Sequence record: KJ019146.1
Length of the DNA stretch: 64,000 bases
Direction: 5' to 3' (one strand)
This document shows, one piece after another, positions 26,005 to 34,590 of the stretch. The position numbers were made by a program, and so were the translations under genes. Every line of letters starts with the position of its first letter. Positions within the stretch are counted from its first letter, which is position 1. Under the pieces are notes generated by a model. The model worked only from the letters and a program-made list of their open reading frames with translations, was not told the origin of the DNA and did not search any database.

Positions 26005-26646
26005 ATGGAACTATATTATGAAAAGTTAGATAAGAATCTCTATGTATTAGATGATTTCTTTACTATGGATGAATTCATGCCGTTACATGATGAACTACAC
26101 GGCATGTACCATACTTTTTTGAGAAAGAGGGAGAACTATGTGGGTGGTGAAAACCCATATTGGTTTGCACTCAGTAAGAATAATACTCCAAATTCATCAC
26201 CAAATAACGGACTCGGGGAAAATATGGTTTTCCTCGATAGAGCCACAAAGATAAGATGGGCAATAAACAAAATACTGAGACCTGATTTCTCCTTTTACCT
26301 GAAGAGAATCAATACTAACCTGCAATGGAAGTTTCAGGATTCATCTTTCCATTTAGATTCGTATAGTAATGAACTAGACGAGAAATACTGGGGTTGGACT
26401 TTCCTCGCCTGCACCCAAACGGATTGGGATTATGAGTGGGGAGGTGAGTTTGTGTGTCAGGTTGCAGACAGAACCTACAAAAACATCTCATACTCACCAA
26501 ATAGGTGTATACTATTCAATGGGGATTGTTCCCATAGGGGAGCTGCCCCCAATATCTTTGCACGGGATTTTAGAACTACCGTAGCTTGGACATTTGTATC
26601 TGTGGACGCACATATAACCCCCGATGCAACTAGCCATATTTCCTAG
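26005..26646 (+). CDS. 2OG-Fe(II) oxygenase
   Basis: SSFHLD...WGGEF...NRCILFNG..SHRG..P...R.TVAW. Confidence 0.8.
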   Translation: MELYYEKLDKNLYVLDDFFTMDEFMPLHDELHGMYHTFLRKRENYVGGENPYWFALSKNNTPNSSPNNGLGENMVFLDRATKIRWAINKILRPDFSFYLKRINTNLQWKFQDSSFHLDSYSNELDEKYWGWTFLACTQTDWDYEWGGEFVCQVADRTYKNISYSPNRCILFNGDCSHRGAAPNIFARDFRTTVAWTFVSVDAHITPDATSHIS

Positions 26647-26693
26647 ATAGTCACGTCACATGATAGAATGACGTATATCACGAGGAGGATGTC

Positions 26694-26909
26694 ATGTCGA
26701 GTGAACCATTTCTTGAATGGATGGTGAAGCCGCCCATTTCAGATGAAGAGTTGATGTTGATTTGCCTAAAGAATGCCCCGTGTGGTACGAATAGGAAGCA
26801 AGCAATGAAATTGATCAGAGTGTTGGAAGTAAAGTTGGCGGAACCTACGGGATTTGCTAATATATTTCCACAACCCAAACCAGGTGGGGAGTCTGATTAT
26901 GCTGGGTAA
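26694..26909 (+). CDS. hypothetical protein
   Basis: 71-aa ORF with GAGGAGG SD. Confidence 0.7.
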   Translation: MSSEPFLEWMVKPPISDEELMLICLKNAPCGTNRKQAMKLIRVLEVKLAEPTGFANIFPQPKPGGESDYAG

Positions 26910-27027
26910 TGTTTTACTTTGGATATCAATTCCCTTTGTAGTTGCTACCATATTCTTTGGTATCTACAGAGGTGAAAATTATTATTATGAGAGTAGTGAC
27001 TATGATGGAAATGGAACATCGCATTAA
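26899..27027 (+). CDS. ndhP: NdhP-like small subunit of cyanobacterial NDH-1L (42 aa)
   Basis: Read by hand: MLGNVLLWISIPFVVATIFFGIYRGENYYYESSDYDGNGTSH. One TM helix plus a FFG...Y.S..Y.GNG.xH C-terminus, as in NdhP. Confidence 0.7.
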   Translation: MLGNVLLWISIPFVVATIFFGIYRGENYYYESSDYDGNGTSH

Positions 27028-27220
27028 GATGCGTTACGAATTCGCTATGAGTTCGTTCGCTAGAATGTACGGAGTGAGAGCTGTTTCTGGCTCAGGGCAC
27101 CATGTCAAATTCTGCAAAAGGTGGGCAGATACTAGTGTTGAGGAAGCTCCTAATGGAACTCTAACTGAAGTTGATTTCTACTTCAGGGATTTGTGGGACA
27201 TTTGGGGGGAGTATATATAA
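27002..27220 (+). CDS. hypothetical protein
   Basis: MMEMEHRIKMRYEFAMSSFARMYG...; start uncertain. Confidence 0.6.
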   Translation: MMEMEHRIKMRYEFAMSSFARMYGVRAVSGSGHHVKFCKRWADTSVEEAPNGTLTEVDFYFRDLWDIWGEYI

Positions 27221-27303
27221 TGAGAACATATATTCCAGCGTTTTTCATACTAACCTTTGTGATAGTATTTGTTACTTGGGGATTGAATAACGCCTACCCA
27301 TAA
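27220..27303 (+). CDS. 27-aa membrane micro-protein
   Basis: MRTYIPAFFILTFVIVFVTWGLNNAYP; TAATG overlap. Confidence 0.45.
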   Translation: MRTYIPAFFILTFVIVFVTWGLNNAYP

Positions 27304-27311
27304 AATTACAT

Positions 27312-27455
27312 ATGATTGCTTCGTATAAGAAACTCGAAACGGAAAACTTCATGTTGCGTTTGGAAGTCGAGAGACTACGAATGGCACTACAAGAGACCCA
27401 AAACGAGTGGTCACACCCAGAGTCTTGTGTTAGAAAACAAAGTCTCTGGAAATAG
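27312..27455 (+). CDS. small hypothetical protein (47 aa)
   Basis: Read by hand. Confidence 0.45.
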   Translation: MIASYKKLETENFMLRLEVERLRMALQETQNEWSHPESCVRKQSLWK

Positions 27456-27461
27456 GTTAGG

Positions 27462-27487
27462 GGGGTGGTTGCCACCTCCCTTTTTTT
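27462..27487 (+). terminator. intrinsic terminator overlapping a promoter
   Basis: GGGGTGG-ttg-CCACCTCC followed by a T run. Confidence 0.7.
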
Positions 27488-27497
27488 GTGCTATAAT
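27469..27497 (+). promoter_or_regulatory. sigma70-type promoter
   Basis: TTGCCA (27469-27474), N17, TATAAT (27492-27497). Confidence 0.7.
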
Positions 27498-27564
27498 ACC
27501 TTTGTGAAGGGAAACCGGGGCTGCTTAGCATCTAAATACTTAATGAGAGGAGTTATCATTTAAT

Positions 27565-27699
27565 ATGGCATACAGAGTTTGGCATTCACCAATAAAGAGT
27601 ATTATCCTACAAACCTATGAGGAGGTAGTTGTATACTATGCAATGCAAAGAGCAGCACATAACACTACTCCAGAAGGTTGGGAAGAAGTTGCTGCATAG
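27565..27699 (+). CDS. small hypothetical protein (44 aa)
   Basis: Read by hand; GAGGAG upstream. Confidence 0.4.
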   Translation: MAYRVWHSPIKSIILQTYEEVVVYYAMQRAAHNTTPEGWEEVAA

Positions 27700-27722
27700 A
27701 TATGGTAGAATGATTATGTTAT

Positions 27723-28163
27723 GTGAAAGAAGTAAATTATGAGAACCCATGGATATATCTGGAGAGACCTTTCACTGATGATGATATTCTGGACTACTTT
27801 GGTTTTGTTTATCGTATTACCAATAAGACAACAGGGAGGAAGTACCTGGGAAGAAAGGTATTTTGGTTCCACAGAAAGCCTCCTGGTAAGAAACGAAGGG
27901 TAAAGAAACCATCAGACTGGAAGAAGTACTATGGATCCAGTGATGAACTTAAAGCAGATATTCAACTCTTAGGGAAAGATATCTTCACCAGGGAGATTAT
28001 ATCATTGCATAAGACCCTAGGAAAGACAAACTTTGCAGAGACAGAAGCACTCTTCCAATACAAAGTATTGACAGAGAAACTTGACGATGGGTCTCCAATG
28101 TATTATAATGCGAATATACTTTCGAGATACTACAGGAAAGACTACTTTGATTATGAGGACTAA
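27723..28163 (+). CDS. GIY-YIG-like nuclease-family protein
   Basis: FGFVYRITNKTTGRKYLGRK...YYGSS...E...YN.NI. Confidence 0.75.
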   Translation: MKEVNYENPWIYLERPFTDDDILDYFGFVYRITNKTTGRKYLGRKVFWFHRKPPGKKRRVKKPSDWKKYYGSSDELKADIQLLGKDIFTREIISLHKTLGKTNFAETEALFQYKVLTEKLDDGSPMYYNANILSRYYRKDYFDYED

Positions 28164-29251
28164 TGAGTTATTTTACTGATCGTTTTGGTGATACCTATAA
28201 GGTTATCCGTAACTATATCTCTAGTGAAGAAGCAAATACTTTAGGAGAGAACTATAAAGAGTTTGTATCTACTGATGGGATGCCTACAGAGGCAACCATG
28301 ATTACTTCGAATGCATATGATTTCTACAACAGACCTGAACAGGTAGCACTACTATCAGAGAAAGTATCACATATTAATGAACTATTGGGTAAGAAAGTTC
28401 TTCCTGCCTATTCCTTTGTTAGACAATACGGAGTTGGATCCTTTCTAGGCAAACACACAGACAGAAAGTCCTGTGAGGTATCTCTGAGTATCCACCTGTG
28501 TGGTGATAAGGAATGGCCGTTCTGTATAGAGGATAAGGAAGGAAACCCCGTAGAACTCATCCTACACCCCGGAGATGCAGTTCTATATGATGCACCTAAT
28601 GCAACTCACTGGAGAGAAGAATATGATGGTGAGTTCTATATTCAAACCTTTCATCACTATGTAACTTTAGGTGGTGAGTATGAGAATCTATTCTTTGATA
28701 ATAATGATAAAGAATTCTCACTAACCAATTATATTAAACAATATAAGGAATCAGTACCTCCTGATATCTGTGATATGATTGTTAAATACGCAGAACAATT
28801 CCCCAATAGGTGGGAAAATGCTACTACTATACAATCTATAAAAGATAATACTATTGATACTAGGATATGTGAGAGTTGGAATGTTTTACCAACTGATAGT
28901 ATTGATGATGTTGTTTATAAGTATATAACTGAAGCATCTTCTAAGTTCTGTAATACCTTCCCACACTTTAATCTTACTCAGGACACTGGATATCAGATTT
29001 TAAGATACAAACCAGGTGGTAAGTACGACTACCATACAGATCAACATGCCACTTATAACAGGGAAGTTACTATTATTCTAAACCTTAATGATGACTACGA
29101 AGGTGGTAACCTATGTCACATTAAAGACAACCATATGATAAAGATGGGTAGGGGTGATATCATTATTTTCCCTGCTAACTTTATGTACCCACATCGTATT
29201 ACTCCCATAACATCTGGTGTTAGGTATTCTATTGTGACTTGGGCAGTCTAA
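28163..29251 (+). CDS. tandem double-domain 2OG-Fe(II) oxygenase
   Basis: Two HxD...H sets: KHTDR...HWRE and YHTDQ...HRITP...RYSIVTW. Confidence 0.8.
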   Translation: MSYFTDRFGDTYKVIRNYISSEEANTLGENYKEFVSTDGMPTEATMITSNAYDFYNRPEQVALLSEKVSHINELLGKKVLPAYSFVRQYGVGSFLGKHTDRKSCEVSLSIHLCGDKEWPFCIEDKEGNPVELILHPGDAVLYDAPNATHWREEYDGEFYIQTFHHYVTLGGEYENLFFDNNDKEFSLTNYIKQYKESVPPDICDMIVKYAEQFPNRWENATTIQSIKDNTIDTRICESWNVLPTDSIDDVVYKYITEASSKFCNTFPHFNLTQDTGYQILRYKPGGKYDYHTDQHATYNREVTIILNLNDDYEGGNLCHIKDNHMIKMGRGDIIIFPANFMYPHRITPITSGVRYSIVTWAV

Positions 29252-29273
29252 ATACTCTGTTATTTCGGTTACA

Positions 29274-30494
29274 GTGATGAGAATTGATTTCAGTAACTTT
29301 TTCCAATACTATGATGGTGATCTAAAGAACCATGTAGAATCAATTGCTCTACTAGAGCGTGAGATTGAAAAGGTTGCTCCCCATCTCCTCCAGGACGAAG
29401 CAGAGTGGGTTAAGGTATATCGTAATACGGCTGAGGTTGAGAAACCAGATAAGGTTATTGCCTTACCCGTACCTTACTTCCCCCAGACAGATAACTACAC
29501 ACAACCAGAGAGGACTTGTAACTCCTCCTCCTGTGCTATGTGTCTAGAATACTTTAGACCTGGAACTCTAGTTGGTTCTAAAGGTGATGACGCGTATATC
29601 AGAAAGGTATTTGCTGTAGGTGATACTACAGATCACTCAGTTCAAACTAAAGTTCTAGCAGACTATGGTGTAGATTCTGAGTTCAACTATTCACTCAGTT
29701 TTGATAACCTAGATCACGAACTTGAGAACAAGAGACCTGTTGTGATTGGTATCCTCCACAGAGGAACCCTAGCACACCCCACAGGGGGTCATATGGTGGT
29801 TGTGATAGGTAAGACGGCAGAAGGTGATTACATCTGTCACGACCCCTACGGAGACCTTAACGACGGATATACAACCAATGTATACAACGGTCAGTCTGTT
29901 GTGTATAAGAGAAATGTTCTAGAGGCTAGATGGACTCCTGACGGTCCTACCAGTGGTTGGGGGCGTACTTTCCAGGCGAAAGTAACCGCAAAAAAGTCTG
30001 AGGAGGGTAAGTTGCCCTCCGCTGGTGTTGAACTTATCAAAGAGTTTGAAGGACTTCATGTTCTAAAATCTGATGGAATGATCCATGCTTATCCTGACCC
30101 TCTATCTGGTGGTGAACCTTGGACTATTGGTTGGGGTTCTACTAGGGATCTTGATGGATCAGCATTCCATCCTGGGGATAAAATCACCAGAGAGAAAGCA
30201 GACATCCTCCTAGAGGAACAACTCAGAAGGGATTATCTTTCTAAGTTAGAACAAACCATTCCCTATTGGGATGAGATGAATGACAACCAGCATGGTGCTC
30301 TACTCAGTTTTGGGTATAACCTAGGAGCCAGTTTCTACGGAAGTCCTGATTTTAACACAATAACCCGTGTTTTGCGAGACAAAGAGTGGAATAAAGTCCC
30401 CGACGCGTTATACTTGTATCGTAACCCCGGAACTCCTGTAGAGGAGGGTCTATCTAGACGACGGATTGCAGAAGGAGAACTTTGGGAGAGCTGA
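29274..30494 (+). CDS. endolysin: C39-like peptidase domain plus GH24 lysozyme
   Basis: VPYFPQ...CNSSSCAM...GHMVVV...HDPYG, then LIKEFEG...AYPD...WTIGWGST...RRIAE. Confidence 0.88.
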   Translation: MMRIDFSNFFQYYDGDLKNHVESIALLEREIEKVAPHLLQDEAEWVKVYRNTAEVEKPDKVIALPVPYFPQTDNYTQPERTCNSSSCAMCLEYFRPGTLVGSKGDDAYIRKVFAVGDTTDHSVQTKVLADYGVDSEFNYSLSFDNLDHELENKRPVVIGILHRGTLAHPTGGHMVVVIGKTAEGDYICHDPYGDLNDGYTTNVYNGQSVVYKRNVLEARWTPDGPTSGWGRTFQAKVTAKKSEEGKLPSAGVELIKEFEGLHVLKSDGMIHAYPDPLSGGEPWTIGWGSTRDLDGSAFHPGDKITREKADILLEEQLRRDYLSKLEQTIPYWDEMNDNQHGALLSFGYNLGASFYGSPDFNTITRVLRDKEWNKVPDALYLYRNPGTPVEEGLSRRRIAEGELWES

Positions 30495-30914
30495 ATGATT
30501 GCACTTGATATATTCTGTGACTGGTTCACTGGGAGATGGAACAACCGTGCTCAGGCACATTCCAACCCCAGAGGTCAGGCATATGTGATGGCTAGACATG
30601 ATAGAATATCAGACACAGAGTTTCGATGTGTTTATCACTACCATAGGGATAAGACCCCTTATAGGGACTTTACCCTGAATATCAACGGACATGATAGTGA
30701 TATTATTCTGTCTGATAAGGAAACCAGGTTAGTTTATTCTTTATATAACGGCGCGTATACTTGTCACTTTGATAAAGTAATCAAAGGAAAGAGATATGTA
30801 TTTGATTCTGTATTAGCTAATACTTTCTATAAACTTAATGATCAGTGTTTTGATGGAACCCGACTAGTTCGGGGTCTAGAAACCGGTGAGTTCTATGACT
30901 TTAGAAAGGAATAA
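30495..30914 (+). CDS. cpeT: CpeT/CpcT-like phycobilin lyase (short form)
   Basis: WFTGRWNNRAQA.SNP...PYR motif. Confidence 0.65.
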   Translation: MIALDIFCDWFTGRWNNRAQAHSNPRGQAYVMARHDRISDTEFRCVYHYHRDKTPYRDFTLNINGHDSDIILSDKETRLVYSLYNGAYTCHFDKVIKGKRYVFDSVLANTFYKLNDQCFDGTRLVRGLETGEFYDFRKE

Positions 30915-30916
30915 TA

Positions 30917-31102
30917 TTATCTAATCCCCACCCACCATTCGCGAGCACAGTTTGCGATTTGTTCTGCGGTGGGGTTTTCTACGCGGATAATCTCAGAACA
31001 CTCATCTATCATTTCCTCTAGATGTTTATTGCAGGTAGCGAGATCATTCATTTGCTTGTGTCTTGATATTTTCGCAGTCATGAGAATACTAACAATGATC
31101 AC
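30917..31102 (-). CDS. hypothetical protein, sole plausible minus-strand gene
   Basis: Occupies an otherwise empty gap; the true start may be the internal ATG (MTAKISR). Confidence 0.4.
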   Translation of the reverse strand: MIIVSILMTAKISRHKQMNDLATCNKHLEEMIDECSEIIRVENPTAEQIANCAREWWVGIR

Positions 31103-31242
31103 ATATAGAGTTATTTATCTCTCATAGATTTCTCAGGTATAAAAACTATGTAATGTGATATAATGTAAATATCTTTATATTTTCTTCATATACATAATGA
31201 AGAAACTATTAAGTTTCACATTGTCGTTTGTAAATTAAAGTT

Positions 31243-31887
31243 TTGGATTCCAATAAGAGATCGATTATTAGAAAACTAGCAGCTATTGCTGCGATTGGCT
31301 TCGTGGGTATTCCCGCTGGAGCTGGTCTAATCCCTACTCTAGAACAGTTTCAAGAAGAAAATGGATATGGTACTGAGGAAGTAGTAGAGGATACAACTGA
31401 AGAGGTAGTAGAAGAAGTAGCAATGACAAGGCGTTGGGTTCTCCCCAATGGAACACATAATGAGAAGATAGTACTCAGTGCCCTACAGGATAGGGGTATT
31501 ACTGATAAAGTTGCCCTAGCAGTTGTTTTAGGTAACATCAAACAGGAGTCACGATTCCATTCCAATATCTGTGAGGGTGGTGCAAGAGTTAACTATCATG
31601 GTTGTAGATATGGTGGTTATGGTCTTATCCAATGGACTACTTCAGATAGATATAGAGGACTTGGACACTACGCTTCTAGGATTGGTGGTGATCCTTCCAG
31701 TGTAGAAACTCAGGTTGGATATATCTTCAGAGAGAGGCAGTGGTTAGATATTGAATCATCCCTCAAAAGGAATGGTCATAGTGTTGGTTACTACATGAAT
31801 AAGGCATATTACTGGTTGGGATGGGGACACCACGGAGCCAGAACCCACTACTCACATGACTATGCTGCTCGTCTCATCTTTAAATAA
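31243..31887 (+). CDS. phage tail-type lysozyme/cell-wall hydrolase domain protein with N-terminal signal anchor
   Basis: ALAVVLGNIKQES...GYGLIQWT...Q..Y...E pattern. Confidence 0.7.
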   Translation: MDSNKRSIIRKLAAIAAIGFVGIPAGAGLIPTLEQFQEENGYGTEEVVEDTTEEVVEEVAMTRRWVLPNGTHNEKIVLSALQDRGITDKVALAVVLGNIKQESRFHSNICEGGARVNYHGCRYGGYGLIQWTTSDRYRGLGHYASRIGGDPSSVETQVGYIFRERQWLDIESSLKRNGHSVGYYMNKAYYWLGWGHHGARTHYSHDYAARLIFK

Positions 31888-31901
31888 ATAGATGAAACCC
31901 A

Positions 31902-32297
31902 ATGAAAGTCCCAGAGTTTAAAGTCAGTTTTCAGTTTGGTAAGAAGAAGAAAAACCCCCTACGTCTATACATTATAGGGGCAGTTTTGAGCTTTGTTATC
32001 GATATGATACATACTTTTATGAGGGTTCCCACAAAGGACCTCTGGGCTTTGGTTGACGAATTAGGAAAAGAGCTTAGAATAGAAGATATCAATGAGCTCG
32101 TTTTGAATAGTCCCGAACTACTACAGGCTAGAATCGAACGAGAAGTTGATGGAGCTATTGAGGACCATCTTAAAGAAACAGGTCACAAAGACCCAGAGAT
32201 TGAATCAGTATTTACTGAAACACTAAAGGGAGAAACCCCCTTAGGTGGTGAACTAAGAATCCGTGGTAAGTGGGTTCCTGAAAATAAGGAGGACTAA
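31902..32297 (+). CDS. hypothetical membrane-anchored protein
   Basis: 131-aa ORF with one hydrophobic segment. Confidence 0.7.
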   Translation: MKVPEFKVSFQFGKKKKNPLRLYIIGAVLSFVIDMIHTFMRVPTKDLWALVDELGKELRIEDINELVLNSPELLQARIEREVDGAIEDHLKETGHKDPEIESVFTETLKGETPLGGELRIRGKWVPENKED

Positions 32298-32458
32298 TGA
32301 AACGACACAACAAAGTGATGCACCTTATCCGTGAGTCTCTTCGTAACCCAGAAGCATATTCTGAGGAAGAGATTACATATATGAGAGAGCAACTTAAACT
32401 ACTGGAGGGTGAGAAGGAAACCATTAAACGGGAGAAGAATCGTGGATTTGGATCTTAA
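32297..32458 (+). CDS. small hypothetical protein (53 aa)
   Basis: Read by hand; GGAGG SD; TAATG overlap. Confidence 0.6.
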   Translation: MKRHNKVMHLIRESLRNPEAYSEEEITYMREQLKLLEGEKETIKREKNRGFGS

Positions 32459-32888
32459 ATTCATTGGAGATGAGTGTCTTAGGAAACCATCAGTAAATGT
32501 TGAAGATATCACAGAGGATGTGGTAACTTTATCCAAGGCAATGAAACAGAAGATGGTTGAGTGTAATGGTATTGGTCTAGCAGCCCCACAGGTTGGTAGG
32601 AATATCAGACTTATAGTTGTGCGACTAATGTGTGGTATGACTGTGGAGATGATTAATCCACGCATCAGTTGGACTTCTGATGACAGATGCATACTTGATG
32701 AAGGTTGTCTTAGTATCCCTGGAAAAACACACCCTGTTGAGAGGTATAAATCCATCAGAGTTAAATTTCAGGACATTACAGGACAACATAAATATTGGAA
32801 ATTATCTAAGATGGACGCACGAGTGGTTCTACATGAGTATGATCATTTGGAAGGTTTATTGATGGTTGATTACCAGAAGACTGGTTAA
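32442..32888 (+). CDS. def: peptide deformylase
   Basis: GIGLAAPQVG, EGCLS and HEYDH motifs. GTG 32442 is the likely start. Confidence 0.95.
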   Translation: MDLDLKFIGDECLRKPSVNVEDITEDVVTLSKAMKQKMVECNGIGLAAPQVGRNIRLIVVRLMCGMTVEMINPRISWTSDDRCILDEGCLSIPGKTHPVERYKSIRVKFQDITGQHKYWKLSKMDARVVLHEYDHLEGLLMVDYQKTG

Positions 32889-32904
32889 CTTTATAGTATT
32901 AACA

Positions 32905-33096
32905 ATGATTATGAAAACGAAGAGAGAGCGTCTTGAAGATGTCATTATGGAATATCTAGATGAAGAATACTCGTCTCGACGTATCTACGAAGAATTCTTA
33001 TCAGTAATGATGAATGAATGTCAAGGTAGGGAGGAGGCATCTAAGAAAGCCTTAGAACTTAGAGACTTGATGTTAGGTGATAGACCTGTATTTTAA
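32905..33096 (+). CDS. hypothetical protein
   Basis: In-frame ATG 32905. Confidence 0.6.
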   Translation: MIMKTKRERLEDVIMEYLDEEYSSRRIYEEFLSVMMNECQGREEASKKALELRDLMLGDRPVF

Positions 33097-33114
33097 CAAA
33101 GGAGATTATCAATT

Positions 33115-33426
33115 ATGACTAAAGAAGTTAGCGATTTGAAACTCACACGACTTGAGTGTGTGAAGTGTGGCGCCACTTGGATCAATGGTAATCATGTATG
33201 GAAGACTGGTAATACTGGAAGTGAAACCGATCTAGCTGGGTTAGTTTGCAATAAACTAGGTGATGACGATTGCATCAACCCCCTAAGGGGTGCTGAGACA
33301 GGTGACACTTGGGAACAACGCCTTGGTGACCTGGATACTGGATTCAATGCAAGGAGAGAGCGTCTAGAAGACCAGAGAGCAAGGTTCAAAGAACAATATG
33401 GGGAAGACCCTCACTTTGACGATTGA
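33115..33426 (+). CDS. hypothetical protein (CxxC)
   Basis: 103 aa; AAGGAG SD. Confidence 0.7.
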   Translation: MTKEVSDLKLTRLECVKCGATWINGNHVWKTGNTGSETDLAGLVCNKLGDDDCINPLRGAETGDTWEQRLGDLDTGFNARRERLEDQRARFKEQYGEDPHFDD

Positions 33427-33443
33427 GGAAGTGGCACACCCCC

Positions 33444-33472
33444 TAGGCAAACCTATGGGGATGCGTTATAAT
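33444..33472 (+). promoter_or_regulatory. sigma70-type promoter
   Basis: TAGGCA, N17, TATAAT, with GTGGCACA 5 nt upstream. Confidence 0.55.
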
Positions 33473-33494
33473 ATGAAGGTAATCAACCAGAGAG

Positions 33495-33710
33495 ATGACA
33501 CAGCTTAAAACAAAGTTCCGCAGGTATATCGGTGTTCTCACTGAAGCCGTATCTCGTTCCATCGAGTTAGACTACTCACAACCCAAACTCTATAAGAAGG
33601 TCCGAAGGTTCTATGAGGAACAGGGAGTCTCCTTCACTGGAGACGAGGTAGATGACTACCAAATTGTTATGGATTGTTTAACTGAAGATCTAGTAAAGGA
33701 GCCAGTATGA
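33495..33710 (+). CDS. hypothetical protein
   Basis: 71-aa ORF. Confidence 0.7.
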   Translation: MTQLKTKFRRYIGVLTEAVSRSIELDYSQPKLYKKVRRFYEEQGVSFTGDEVDDYQIVMDCLTEDLVKEPV

Positions 33711-33943
33711 AGACTATTCTTGAGAGAGAAGGTTTCCGTTTTATTGAGAAAGGTATTATCGAACTCAATGGAATGCCAGACTACCGACTACAGAAACAAG
33801 ATCACTATTCCCAAAGATGGAATGATGTATATCTCTTCGATAACAAGATGCAGTGTCTAACTGCTATGGAAGATATCGAATATTGTAAGTGGTTGTGTGG
33901 AGAACCCTGTTATGTTCGTGATGTTGTTGGTTCCTATTCATAG
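33707..33943 (+). CDS. hypothetical protein
   Basis: 78-aa ORF; ATGA overlap. Confidence 0.7.
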   Translation: MKTILEREGFRFIEKGIIELNGMPDYRLQKQDHYSQRWNDVYLFDNKMQCLTAMEDIEYCKWLCGEPCYVRDVVGSYS

Positions 33944-34177
33944 ATGAAGACTACATCCTTCCTAAGGTATCTTGGAAATACCTTACTAGTGTTGGGTCAT
34001 TTCACACTCCTTTGGGGGGATACACAGACCGCCTTGACTATCAAAATCATAGGTGGTCTTTCTTTGTTACCCTTTGCCATCTCCTGGAAGTTGTGGGATG
34101 TTGTGGCACTTGAGTTAATATTTGGAGGTATGGATGTAACCAAGTTCATCCAGTTAGTGTTCGGGGAGACACTTTAA
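33944..34177 (+). CDS. hypothetical membrane protein
   Basis: 77-aa hydrophobic ORF. Confidence 0.65.
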   Translation: MKTTSFLRYLGNTLLVLGHFTLLWGDTQTALTIKIIGGLSLLPFAISWKLWDVVALELIFGGMDVTKFIQLVFGETL

Positions 34178-34203
34178 ACTTTTCCCTGGCGCGCCCCAAT
34201 CAC

Positions 34204-34228
34204 ACCACTCCTCACGGGGTGGTTTTTT
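34204..34228 (+). terminator. intrinsic terminator
   Basis: ACCACTCC-tcac-GGGGTGGT followed by a T run. Confidence 0.75.
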
Positions 34229-34249
34229 ATTGCTTATAACTAGTGTAAC

Positions 34250-34558
34250 TTGGGTTACATTATGAAAGCCGACGCACAACTAGAACACCACGCCAATTGT
34301 TGGAATGCTATTCGAAACAATGATAAGGAATACTTTAAGATAGGAGTTGGTGTTTATAAAACCATCAACGCTGACAGGGAATACTATATCAATAGTCGTA
34401 TTGAAACTGATAAGAAGAGTGATATATCAGAAATGGATCAAGTGAAAGAAGCCCACTCTAAACACTTAAGTTACTTCATTGGATACAAATCAGAAGTAAC
34501 AGTTGAAGCTATCAGTAGTGATTGGAAATCTACATTATACCGGGTTACTACCTGCTAG
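34250..34558 (+). CDS. hypothetical protein
   Basis: ~100-aa ORF; the start may be the ATG at 34262. Confidence 0.6.
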   Translation: MGYIMKADAQLEHHANCWNAIRNNDKEYFKIGVGVYKTINADREYYINSRIETDKKSDISEMDQVKEAHSKHLSYFIGYKSEVTVEAISSDWKSTLYRVTTC

Positions 34559-34590
34559 GGTGTGTTATAATAGATGAAATGCATGTTGTG

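Noticed and set aside
27723-28163. Mobile homing endonuclease call for the GIY-YIG-like ORF
   Set aside because: It is short, has no DNA-binding tail and disrupts nothing. It was kept as an ordinary CDS.
34204-34228. Yfr1-like sRNA motif ACTCCTCAC
   Set aside because: It is only a partial match and is fully explained as the stem and loop of an intrinsic terminator.
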